From: a virus | Virus record (IMG/VR): IMGVR_UViG_3300017646_000004 | Reading direction: 5' to 3' (one strand) | DNA length: 43,554 bases | In this document: piece by piece, positions 35,369-42,425 of the stretch | How positions within the stretch are numbered: the stretch's first letter is position 1 | Layout: each line of letters opens with the position of its first letter | Notes under the pieces: generated by a model | What the model was told of the DNA's origin: nothing | What the model saw: only the letters and a program-made list of their open reading frames with translations | The model's database searches: none | Made by a program: the position numbers and the translations under genes

Positions 35369-36063
35369 ATCGGCATCTCCCACGGCTCGTCTGAGCCCGA
35401 AGAGCGGATCGCCGCCTGGTGTTTCTTGTTGAGGCTGCCGGAAACGATGTGGAACCAGCCCTTGCGGGTCTTCTCGTCCTGCCCGTCGAGCCAGTCGTCC
35501 AGCGCGCCCAGCTCGGCCACGATGTCGCTGAGGCCGTGATACCGCTTGCGCCATCGATCGAGATCGGCCGCGTTCAGCTTCACCGTTCGGCCGAAAAACG
35601 CGTAATGAGTATTTCTTTCTTCTTTCCCTTCTTTACCTTCTTCTTCTTTGTCCCGCTGTTGTCCCGCTGTTGTCTCGGTTTCGGAAACATCGCTGTCCCG
35701 CTCGCCATCTTCCCTGTCCTGATATTTCGCATAATTACATATGGTTATGATGCTTTGGCCCTGTCCCGCTCTGTGTCCCGCTGTTGTCCCGATTTTTGAA
35801 CGTGTCTGAATCATGCCTTCTCGACGCAATTCTGCGATAAATCGGTCGGTTTTGCTCTTCGACCAACCCCATGCGTCGGCCAGGTAGCGCAGTGAAAATG
35901 TGAGTTCCCCGCGCTCCAATTCGATCAGATCGCCCTTGATCCGGACCCGCGATGGCTTCCAGCAGGCGTTCTCGATCAGCCATAGCCAGGCGTCTCTCCG
36001 CTCCGGAGAGTTCAAGGCGGGATTGTCCCTCCAGCCCCTGTGAAGCTTGATGAAGCCGGCCAT
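35362..36063 (-). CDS. Replication initiator / replisome-organiser-like protein
   Basis: N-terminal wHTH-like MAGFIKLHRGWRDNPALNSPERRDAWLWLIENA..., an acidic Lys/Glu linker and a C-terminal domain. Iterons lie inside the gene. Confidence 0.6.
   Translation of the reverse strand: MAGFIKLHRGWRDNPALNSPERRDAWLWLIENACWKPSRVRIKGDLIELERGELTFSLRYLADAWGWSKSKTDRFIAELRREGMIQTRSKIGTTAGHRAGQGQSIITICNYAKYQDREDGERDSDVSETETTAGQQRDKEEEGKEGKEERNTHYAFFGRTVKLNAADLDRWRKRYHGLSDIVAELGALDDWLDGQDEKTRKGWFHIVSGSLNKKHQAAIRSSGSDEPWEMPIC
35650..35792. repeat. Iteron cluster (GTCCCGCT), probable origin of replication
   Basis: Exact GTCCCGCT at 35650, 35661, 35695, 35763 and 35775, with degenerate copies at 35672 and 35786. 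An AT-rich core at 35721..35752 lies between the two clusters, and a CT tract at 35612..35649 is adjacent. Confidence 0.6.
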
Positions 36064-36311
36064 CACGCGTCCTCCAGGGCCGCAAGGGCGATCCATTCTT
36101 CGGCCTCGGCGGGGCTCAGATGGCCGTGTTCCATCGCAAGCAGGATGCGCGCCTTCTTCTCCGAAGGATCGGCTTCACGGTCGATGAGAGACTGGACCAG
36201 GCGGCGGGAATGGGCCCGGAAGGACGTCGGATCCTCGACCGGAAGCTGATCCATCGATCGGTGCCCTGGGCACGGGAAAGGTCCCTGATAGGCTGTGGGG
36301 CGCTCAGCCAT
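36063..36311 (-). CDS. Hypothetical protein (82 aa)
   Basis: Internal Met of track ORF 36063..36350, overlapping both neighbours. Confidence 0.45.
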   Translation of the reverse strand: MAERPTAYQGPFPCPGHRSMDQLPVEDPTSFRAHSRRLVQSLIDREADPSEKKARILLAMEHGHLSPAEAEEWIALAALEDA

Positions 36312-36648
36312 GTCCAACCTCCACGATGACCTTGGAGGCGCGCTCAGCACCGATAGAGATCACCGGGTGGAAATAGCGGTCGTTGATCCCTATCGCCTGT
36401 GCGATGCCGTCCAGAGCAGCCTTGCAGGCGGACAGACAGTTATCCCGATCGGGCACAGGCCCGTAGCGCTGGGGGAAGATGGTGATCTTCACCGGAATCG
36501 GGCCGTTGCCGAACTTCGGAGGGGTCGCCTGCTTCGCCAACCAATAGGCGTATTCCCTTAGCTTCTTGGTCTCGCGAGCCTTCGCTGCCCAATGAGGGCG
36601 GGCATTGGGCCACAGTTCCTTGGCGGGATATGGGAGGGAGAGTTTCAC
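36304..36648 (-). CDS. rusA: RusA-family Holliday-junction resolvase
   Basis: LSLPYPAKELWPNARPHW...VPDRDNCLSACKAALDGIAQAIGINDRYF matches the RusA pattern (DxDN...K...D). Confidence 0.75.
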   Translation of the reverse strand: MKLSLPYPAKELWPNARPHWAAKARETKKLREYAYWLAKQATPPKFGNGPIPVKITIFPQRYGPVPDRDNCLSACKAALDGIAQAIGINDRYFHPVISIGAERASKVIVEVGHG

Positions 36649-37109
36649 GCGTCCCGCCTCCGCCGATACTGATCAAGGGCAGCATGGACCGCAGCAAAGC
36701 GCTCGCTCCGCTCACAATAGGCGGGAACGCGCCTGACCAGATTGATCACCGTACTGTGATCGAGGCTCAACAGCCTCCCGATCTGAGGATAGGACCAGCC
36801 CCTGCCTTTCAGGACATCGGCTACCAATGCGCGAACTTCCACGCGCTCGGTTGAGCGGTCCTTCTCCAGCGCCTGCGCTACGGTCAGGCCATATTCCTTG
36901 GCCACGACACCCAGCAGCAGGCTGCCGAACGCCGGCTGATGCGGCTCAAGCCTTGTGGAGGCGATCCTGACCTTCTGCTTGCCGGGAACAGGCAGGTCGA
37001 AATGGCGATAGATCGCCGCCCGAAGAAGCTCCGAACCGTGTCTGGACATCATCCGGAACGCGGTGTCTTCCGGGATGCCCTCATTGCGAAGGCCGGCGAG
37101 GCTCAACAT
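36645..37109 (-). CDS. DnaA domain-IV-like HTH protein
   Basis: VAKEYGLTVAQALEKDRSTERVEVRALVADVLKGRGWSYPQIGRLLSLDHSTVINLVRRV resembles the DnaA C-terminal DNA-binding domain. Confidence 0.6.
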   Translation of the reverse strand: MLSLAGLRNEGIPEDTAFRMMSRHGSELLRAAIYRHFDLPVPGKQKVRIASTRLEPHQPAFGSLLLGVVAKEYGLTVAQALEKDRSTERVEVRALVADVLKGRGWSYPQIGRLLSLDHSTVINLVRRVPAYCERSERFAAVHAALDQYRRRRDA

Positions 37110-37252
37110 GCCTGCCACCCGAGCTTGTCGCGGATGCGGCGGAAGTATCCGGATGCCTGCCCTTTCGTAAGCCGCATGCGCTCCCGAATCTGGACGAGCG
37201 AAAGGCCTTGCGACAGCAGCTCGGCGAATTGATCCTGGCGGGAGAGTGTCAT
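37103..37252 (-). CDS. Possible 49-aa HTH micro-protein
   Basis: MTLSRQDQFAELLSQGLSLVQIRERMRLTKGQASGYFRRIRDKLGWQAC (LuxR/sigma region-4-like HTH). Coupled at both ends. It falls below the track cutoff. Confidence 0.4.
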   Translation of the reverse strand: MTLSRQDQFAELLSQGLSLVQIRERMRLTKGQASGYFRRIRDKLGWQAC

Positions 37253-37347
37253 GCCTCAGCACCTCCAAACAAGGGCCCAGCCACGCTCTCGGCGGGCATC
37301 TCGCGCAGGCGATCGAACACGTCGCCGACAAGGATGGTCACCGTCAT
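37249..37347 (-). pseudogene. 32-codon remnant resembling the N-terminus of an N6/N4 DNA methyltransferase
   Basis: MTVTILVGDVFDRLREMPAESV matches the usual start of amino-MTases, but no (D/S)PPY motif follows in any frame. Confidence 0.35.
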
Positions 37348-37526
37348 GCCGCCCTCGCCAGTGAGGTTGCAGGATGGAACCTCTTCGCCCAATCCGATGC
37401 TTCGGGAAGCAGCTCGGGATAGGCCAATGCCAGCACCCGCACATGCGGTAAGGCAAAGGTAACCTTACCCTTTCTGGTTAATGCGCGGTCTCGGGACAGG
37501 CACGTCTGCTGCATTGCAACAAGTCC

Positions 37527-38408
37527 TTATATCGCCATGTGGGCGGTATGGTTTTCGACAGGAGAAAGAGCCGCCGGGTGTCCGATGGCGGAAAGGATCG
37601 CGCGACCAATCAGCTCGGGGATTTGTGGGATTACGGCGTTTCCGAGGGCCCCAGTGCGGTCCACCCGGTCGGGAATCCCATCATCCATTCGACAAATTCC
37701 GGCTTCGGGCGAATCCCAAGCATCGGTTGCCCAAGGATTGTCAGCGTGAGACATCCAGCGCCAAAGGGCGTCCCCAAGGTGCAGTTGGTGTATCCCCGTG
37801 ATTTCCGGGGAGTAGGCAATAATCCAGACGCGCTCGCGCAGATGCGGGGCGCCAAAGATGGCCGCCGGTATGATTTCCCATTCCGCATCGAGCCTGCGCC
37901 GGGCCAGCGCCCCGAGAACTTCTCCCATCCATCGATCAAGCAGCTCTGGGCTGTTCTCCAAGATGACGAAGCGTGGTCGAAGTTCGCCAATAAGGCGGTC
38001 GATTTCGAAGAAGAGGCCGGAACGTTCACCATGCAGGCCAGCGCGCGCACCCGCTGCGCTGATATCCTGGCACGGAAAACCGCCCGTGATGACATCGATC
38101 GCTCCAAGATCACCTCCGGCAAGCTCCCGCACGTCTCGGTGGCAAGGGACGTCTGGCCAGTGTTTCGCAAGGATACGACGGGGGAACTCTTCGATCTCAC
38201 AGAAGGCGACGGTTTCGAAGCCACCGGTTCTCTCCAGTCCAAGCGAAAAGCCGCCGATGCCGGAGAACAGGTCCAGCACCCTGAGCTTGCGGAAGGAAGC
38301 CGCTGGGCCAAGGGGGTCAGCCCGGCGGCAGGTATCGGACGCTGCATCAGGCACGCACGGGCGAGCCGCAGAAGGGCAATCCTTCGACGATGCAGTGAGC
38401 CCGCTCAT
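37527..38408 (-). CDS. DNA (cytosine-5)-methyltransferase
   Basis: Motif I DLFSGIGG, motif IV GGFPCQDIS, ENS, RER and motif X GNAV. Short target-recognition region. Confidence 0.9.
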   Translation of the reverse strand: MSGLTASSKDCPSAARPCVPDAASDTCRRADPLGPAASFRKLRVLDLFSGIGGFSLGLERTGGFETVAFCEIEEFPRRILAKHWPDVPCHRDVRELAGGDLGAIDVITGGFPCQDISAAGARAGLHGERSGLFFEIDRLIGELRPRFVILENSPELLDRWMGEVLGALARRRLDAEWEIIPAAIFGAPHLRERVWIIAYSPEITGIHQLHLGDALWRWMSHADNPWATDAWDSPEAGICRMDDGIPDRVDRTGALGNAVIPQIPELIGRAILSAIGHPAALSPVENHTAHMAI

Positions 38409-38650
38409 GCTGCGTCCTTGGGGAGGTGGGATTCGAGGGAAGACTTCGCCTGCCACGGCTCGACCGCCTCAAGCGTGTCGATCTGCTCCTCGGTCAGGTC
38501 GGAAATGCTGGGATGTTTCCAGCCGGTTCGTCGCAGAATGTGGATCGCAAGCGAACGAGATGGCGAGCGAACGCCGTTCAAAATCATGCTCGCATAGGAC
38601 TGGCTAATGCCGGTCACATACTGGAGTTCGGAAATGGATGGCTTCGACAT
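38405..38650 (-). CDS. Cro-like HTH regulator, first gene of the leftward early operon
   Basis: ISELQYVTGISQSYASMILNGVRSPS is an HTH. The gene is divergent from the repressor gene and has no SD upstream of its ATG. Confidence 0.6.
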   Translation of the reverse strand: MSKPSISELQYVTGISQSYASMILNGVRSPSRSLAIHILRRTGWKHPSISDLTEEQIDTLEAVEPWQAKSSLESHLPKDAA

Positions 38651-38656
38651 GCCGCA

Positions 38657-38738
38657 TATATCACATATCGTGATGTTCGATGCAACAGCCGAATATCACA
38701 GAATGTGTGGCGAAAGCGGTATCACAGTCTGCGATAAT
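38657..38738. promoter_or_regulatory. Immunity switch: three ATCAC-N5-GYGAT-type operators and divergent promoters
   Basis: ATCACATATCGTGAT 38660..38674, ATCACAGAATGTGTG 38695..38709 and ATCACAGTCTGCGAT 38721..38735. Leftward TTGCAT-17-GATATA (38685..38657). Rightward -10 GATAAT 38733..38738. Confidence 0.5.
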
Positions 38739-38744
38739 GCTGGA

Positions 38745-39086
38745 ATGGGCTATCAGGAGAAAAACGGCGGTCTGAACCATCTTCGTGCCTGGCGCGAATA
38801 CCGCAAGCTCACTCAGCAGGAATTGGCTGAGGCGGCCGATACGACCCAGCATCAGATCGCATATCTTGAGAGCGGAGAAAGGGCATTGTCCGCCAAGTGG
38901 CTCCGCCGACTCGCGCCTGCGCTAAGGATCACGCCGGGATTTCTTTTGGATCACGATCCGAACGATCTCACTGATGACATCATAGACATCTGGGCCACAG
39001 CCGATGATCGCCAGAAGATGCAGATAACAACGATCACCAAGGCCATAGTCCAAGGTGACAAAAAGACTGGAACGAATAGCAGCTAG
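38745..39086 (+). CDS. XRE-family HTH repressor (CI analogue, no peptidase domain)
   Basis: LRAWREYRKLTQQELAEAADTTQHQIAYLESGERALSAKWLRRLAPAL is an XRE HTH. The ATG lies 7 nt after GATAAT and has no SD. Confidence 0.7.
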   Translation: MGYQEKNGGLNHLRAWREYRKLTQQELAEAADTTQHQIAYLESGERALSAKWLRRLAPALRITPGFLLDHDPNDLTDDIIDIWATADDRQKMQITTITKAIVQGDKKTGTNSS

Positions 39087-39106
39087 ATACGCGAAGGGGG
39101 GGGCTA

Positions 39107-39412
39107 GTGCACGGCGAAAAGCAAATCGCGGGCGCGGGAGTCGTCGCTGTCCTACTTGTGATGACTTTAGTGATTTGGTGGCACTCTAGTCGTGATAGTT
39201 CGCCATACGGCGCGCTTGTCAGACAGGTTGAGCGAGACCACGTCGGAAGTGCTAACGATCAATGGCTTGAGATGAAAAACCTGGCTGGAAAGTGGGAGCG
39301 AGTTGGACTTGTGTTCGGCTACATAGACGATTTCGGGGCATGCACCGACATTGCGACTGGCCTGAAAATGGTAAACCCCGTGCGTGAATATCGCTGCGCA
39401 GGGGCGAATTAA
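39107..39412 (+). CDS. Membrane-anchored small protein, paralog A
   Basis: GTG start after a G-rich RBS. N-terminal TM GVVAVLLVMTLVIWW. The C-terminal domain is about half identical to the next gene's. Confidence 0.6.
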   Translation: MHGEKQIAGAGVVAVLLVMTLVIWWHSSRDSSPYGALVRQVERDHVGSANDQWLEMKNLAGKWERVGLVFGYIDDFGACTDIATGLKMVNPVREYRCAGAN

Positions 39413-39439
39413 TCAGAGGATATAATGGGGCAGAGATAG

Positions 39440-39727
39440 ATGAAATTCGCTTTCTCAATTGCACTAGCACTCCTCTCGGCAGGTTGCGAAAATCGGCCCT
39501 ATAATGACAATATCGCCGGCTACGATGCCCTAGTTGAACATATTAAGGCGCATCGCGTTGGGCGTAACGCCGATCAATGGATTGAGATGAAGAACGTCTT
39601 CGGAGAGTGGGAGCGAACGGGGCTGATATTTGCCTACTCGGATGATTACGAGGAATGCCTAAAGGCCATAGCCGGCCTTAAAAAGGCAAATGCGGATCGC
39701 GAATATCGATGCACATCCGCCAACTAA
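39440..39727 (+). CDS. Lipoprotein, paralog B
   Basis: Signal peptide with lipobox LLSAGC. Shares ADQWxEMKNxxGxWERxGLxFxYxDD...GLKxxN..REYRCxxAN with paralog A. Confidence 0.65.
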   Translation: MKFAFSIALALLSAGCENRPYNDNIAGYDALVEHIKAHRVGRNADQWIEMKNVFGEWERTGLIFAYSDDYEECLKAIAGLKKANADREYRCTSAN

Positions 39728-39739
39728 TAGGGGCAAGCT

Positions 39740-40078
39740 ATGAGAATACGTTCGATGTCTGCCGCTGCACTAGCGCTGTGCCTTATGGCTACTCCCGCGC
39801 TCGCTGATGTCTGGGTCAACCCCCATGTCCGCAAGGATGGGACCTATGTGGAGGGGCATTGGCGGACCGAGCCCAATGCGACCCGACTCGACAACTATTC
39901 GACGCAATACAACGTCAATCCGTATAACGGAAAGCGTGGGACTGCCGATCCGGTGCCGATCACTCCCAAAAAACCAAACACCGGAATAGATATCACGCCT
40001 TACCTGCCTCCCAAGCCTATCGTGCCTGTTCCCGTGCCGCATTCAAGTTACCCCAAGAGTCGGTTGGGCTCACACTGA
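39740..40078 (+). CDS. Secreted protein (signal peptide, Pro-rich tail)
   Basis: Signal peptide ending ALA-DV. Contains VNPHVRKDGTYVEGHWRTEPNATRLDNYSTQYNVNPYNGKRGT. Confidence 0.6.
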   Translation: MRIRSMSAAALALCLMATPALADVWVNPHVRKDGTYVEGHWRTEPNATRLDNYSTQYNVNPYNGKRGTADPVPITPKKPNTGIDITPYLPPKPIVPVPVPHSSYPKSRLGSH

Positions 40079-40108
40079 AAAGGCGCATAAAGGCGCACAC
40101 CGGGAATA

Positions 40109-40468
40109 ATGGGGAATAATGCAGCTCCAGCCCTCCCCATGAAGGAGTTTTCCCGCGAGGTGTTGAAAAGCGGGGATGGCGGTGGCAAATTTGATGGCAT
40201 GAATAGTCGTGTAAACCAGAAGCTTAGCGACCTCCCCACCGCCGGCCAGATTCGAAACAACATCTGGGGTGCCGCTGCCGCGGTGCTCGGTATAATCTTG
40301 GCGGCGCTCGCGTTTGGCGGAGACCGCTTTGACGGCGGATTAGGCGCCTCATCTCTGCTCCATGAGCAAGCTGAGCAACAGGCTCAGAAAGACGCTGATC
40401 AGGACGGGCGCCTAGCGCTGATCGATCAGAAGCTTGATATCCTGATCAAGCAGACCTCAGGCAAGTAG
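40109..40468 (+). CDS. Single-pass membrane protein with a C-terminal coiled coil
   Basis: TM IWGAAAAVLGIILAALAF. The start is uncertain (alternative Mets downstream). Confidence 0.5.
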   Translation: MGNNAAPALPMKEFSREVLKSGDGGGKFDGMNSRVNQKLSDLPTAGQIRNNIWGAAAAVLGIILAALAFGGDRFDGGLGASSLLHEQAEQQAQKDADQDGRLALIDQKLDILIKQTSGK

Positions 40469-40573
40469 CCCCTCCCCTAGTATTGTATGAAGAGGGGGTA
40501 GAGGGGAGGAAGGCCGCCACTAGGACGGCCTTTCCGAACACAAGCCCGATGCTGAGGCAGAGCGGGACTATCT

Positions 40574-41407
40574 CTAGGCGGCCGACCTCGGCAAGGCTCT
40601 CTTGGCTTCACGCTCCGCTAATGCCGCCAGGGCGTTGTTGGCAATTTGCGCGGGCAGTTTCCGCTTGCTCACCTGACTTGCCAGGTAAGAAGGCATTTTA
40701 GTGGGGATATAAATCTCTCTTATCCACCGTCTGAATGTCGGTAGCGAGTCCTCCGGATAGCAGCTTGCCGGTTGGGGGTTTGAAAACGACTGCTGGAAAT
40801 AGTCCGGATAATAGTGATCGAAATATCGACGCGGGCCGAATTGATCCTCTAGGCCAGCATCCTTCCAGTGACGTCCCCAATGGAGGCCAACGCTGATATC
40901 AAGGATCATTTGCGTGCCCGGGGCCACTCCTCGCGAAATGAGGGTCGCGAAGATGTCAGCGATTTCCCGGAACACGCACCAATATCCTTCCGGGACATTA
41001 TCGTAGACAAGTGACACCCTATCCTCGAACTGCCGCCAGATCCGATCCGTGGGATCACGGCCCAGCATCCAGTCATAGACCCATTCGGTGACCTTGACTG
41101 CGAATTCTGGGGAAAGCCATTGAGCCAGGTGAATAGCAACCTGAGGGTGGACCCATGTTCCTCGCTGCTCATTTGCACCAGTTAATATGGATTGCGCCAA
41201 GAGGTCCCTGTGAATCTGCAGGGACCCTTCCAGCGCCGCGAGAAAGGCCTCTGTTGTGTCAAGGCGTCGGTACGAAGACCACTCCCTCCCTGCCGCCCGA
41301 CACATCGAGGTAGCATTGATGTAGCCGTCTTCCGCCCGCTGATGGATCAGACTACCCTGATGGGTGTGAGGGACCAAAGCGAGTTGCTTCTGGGTATCGT
41401 CAACCAC
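40574..41407 (-). CDS. KilA-N domain protein with an uncharacterised C-terminal domain
   Basis: GTG start with RBS GGAG. DGYINATSMCRAAGREWSSYRRLDTTEAFLAAL...GTWVHPQVAIHLAQWLSPEFAVKV is a KilA-N signature. Confidence 0.75.
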   Translation of the reverse strand: MVDDTQKQLALVPHTHQGSLIHQRAEDGYINATSMCRAAGREWSSYRRLDTTEAFLAALEGSLQIHRDLLAQSILTGANEQRGTWVHPQVAIHLAQWLSPEFAVKVTEWVYDWMLGRDPTDRIWRQFEDRVSLVYDNVPEGYWCVFREIADIFATLISRGVAPGTQMILDISVGLHWGRHWKDAGLEDQFGPRRYFDHYYPDYFQQSFSNPQPASCYPEDSLPTFRRWIREIYIPTKMPSYLASQVSKRKLPAQIANNALAALAEREAKRALPRSAA

Positions 41408-41516
41408 GGTATATTACTCCGTATAGGAGGCCACACGAGGTATTGACGCCGCCGCCCGTTTACACCATACGGGCCATGAGAATGTGGCTGTCAGGACCTG
41501 CGTGTCCTCAGTTACT

Positions 41517-41553
41517 AAAAGCCCCGCCGGTCCTCGTGACCTGCGGGGCTTTT
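41517..41553. terminator. Bidirectional rho-independent terminator
   Basis: AAAAGCCCCGC...GCGGGGCTTTT: a GC-rich stem flanked by an A tract and a T tract. Confidence 0.7.
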
Positions 41554-41681
41554 GATTATACATGCCGAATCGCACCCAAGTAACCCCGCAGGTAGACTCT
41601 TTGGGGAAAAACTCGGCGGCCAGCCCCGGTCACGATGGTTAATGTTCCATGTTGGGACAGATTAGCGCAGCCCAGACGATC

Positions 41682-41702
41682 ACCCGCTCCGGCGGGGTTT
41701 TT
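41682..41702 (+). terminator. Plus-strand terminator-like hairpin overlapping the stop of the 72-aa gene
   Basis: CCCGC-TCCG-GCGGG followed by GTTTTT. Confidence 0.4.
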
Positions 41703-41920
41703 CATGCCCACCGATGCGAGTAGGCGTCGAAGTCCAACCGCAGCCTCTTCCGCACCAGCAGCTCGTCGCTCACCTTGATAAGATTGACGCCGGGCGCGCG
41801 CGGCAGCTTTCGCGCCTGATCCAGTGCATCACCTAGATTGTGCGCCCAAAGACGGTGCGTGATGGGAACATCGTTCTCGACGTCGCCAATCACTTTGAAC
41901 TGCCTTGCCGTATACACCAT
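41702..41920 (-). CDS. Hypothetical protein (72 aa)
   Basis: RBS AAGGAG 9 nt upstream of the ATG. Confidence 0.45.
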   Translation of the reverse strand: MVYTARQFKVIGDVENDVPITHRLWAHNLGDALDQARKLPRAPGVNLIKVSDELLVRKRLRLDFDAYSHRWA

Positions 41921-42029
41921 GATGCGATGCTCCTTAACCCATTGCGTCGCCCCACCCTAGAGTCTGCATATTCTGTACACCCTTCGCAAGCCTCACCCAG
42001 CCCAGGAAAGGAGGGGGTAGCCCGGCTTC

Positions 42030-42425
42030 CTACTTCAGGCGCTTGCGGAAGTGATCGGTGAGGACGCCGATAACGAGACCACCGGTGAGGAGCGTGCGCA
42101 GGTCGCGGAGCTGAAGCTCGGAGAGCCAGTGCCAGGTGGTCGGTGTCAGCAAATGAAACAGCCAGAACAGCCCAATTAGCAACAAACTGCCCGACATCAC
42201 CCAAAGCGCAATCAGCGCCAAGCATTCGAAATGCCGCTTGAAACGCTGATCGCGATGGTGTTCCGCCCGAGCCGCCTCGCGCGCCAGCTCATCTCTGGAT
42301 TTCCCGCTGGCGAATTGCTCGGATTCTTGAGCTGCCTTGGAATCCCCACTCGCCGCAGCCTCCGCTTCGCTCGGGCTGGCGACAACGGGATTATCCTCCT
42401 CCTCAGGCAGTGCGTTGCTCCGCAA
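42030..42425 (-). CDS. Two-TM membrane protein with an acidic N-terminal region (toxin candidate)
   Basis: TMs CLALIALWVMSGSLLLIGLFWLF and LLTGGLVIGVL. No in-frame ATG lies before the first TM, so a TTG or other non-ATG start is implied. A GAGGAGGAGGA tract sits at the upstream stop. Confidence 0.5.
   Translation of the reverse strand: MRSNALPEEEDNPVVASPSEAEAAASGDSKAAQESEQFASGKSRDELAREAARAEHHRDQRFKRHFECLALIALWVMSGSLLLIGLFWLFHLLTPTTWHWLSELQLRDLRTLLTGGLVIGVLTDHFRKRLK

Noticed and set aside
40492-40501. Exact 10-mer gagggggtag present at both 40492..40501 and 42011..42020, each just past a gene end.
   Set aside because: There are only two copies, the flanks diverge immediately, and no palindromic or att-like context is visible. 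This may be coincidence in G-rich intergenic DNA. It would only be worth a computational repeat scan.
40510-40533. Hairpin AAGGCCG-N9-CGGCCTT between the convergent 40109..40468 and KilA-N genes, as a terminator.
   Set aside because: The stem is only 7 bp, with three T on one side and none on the other. It is too weak to call, though some termination signal is expected here.
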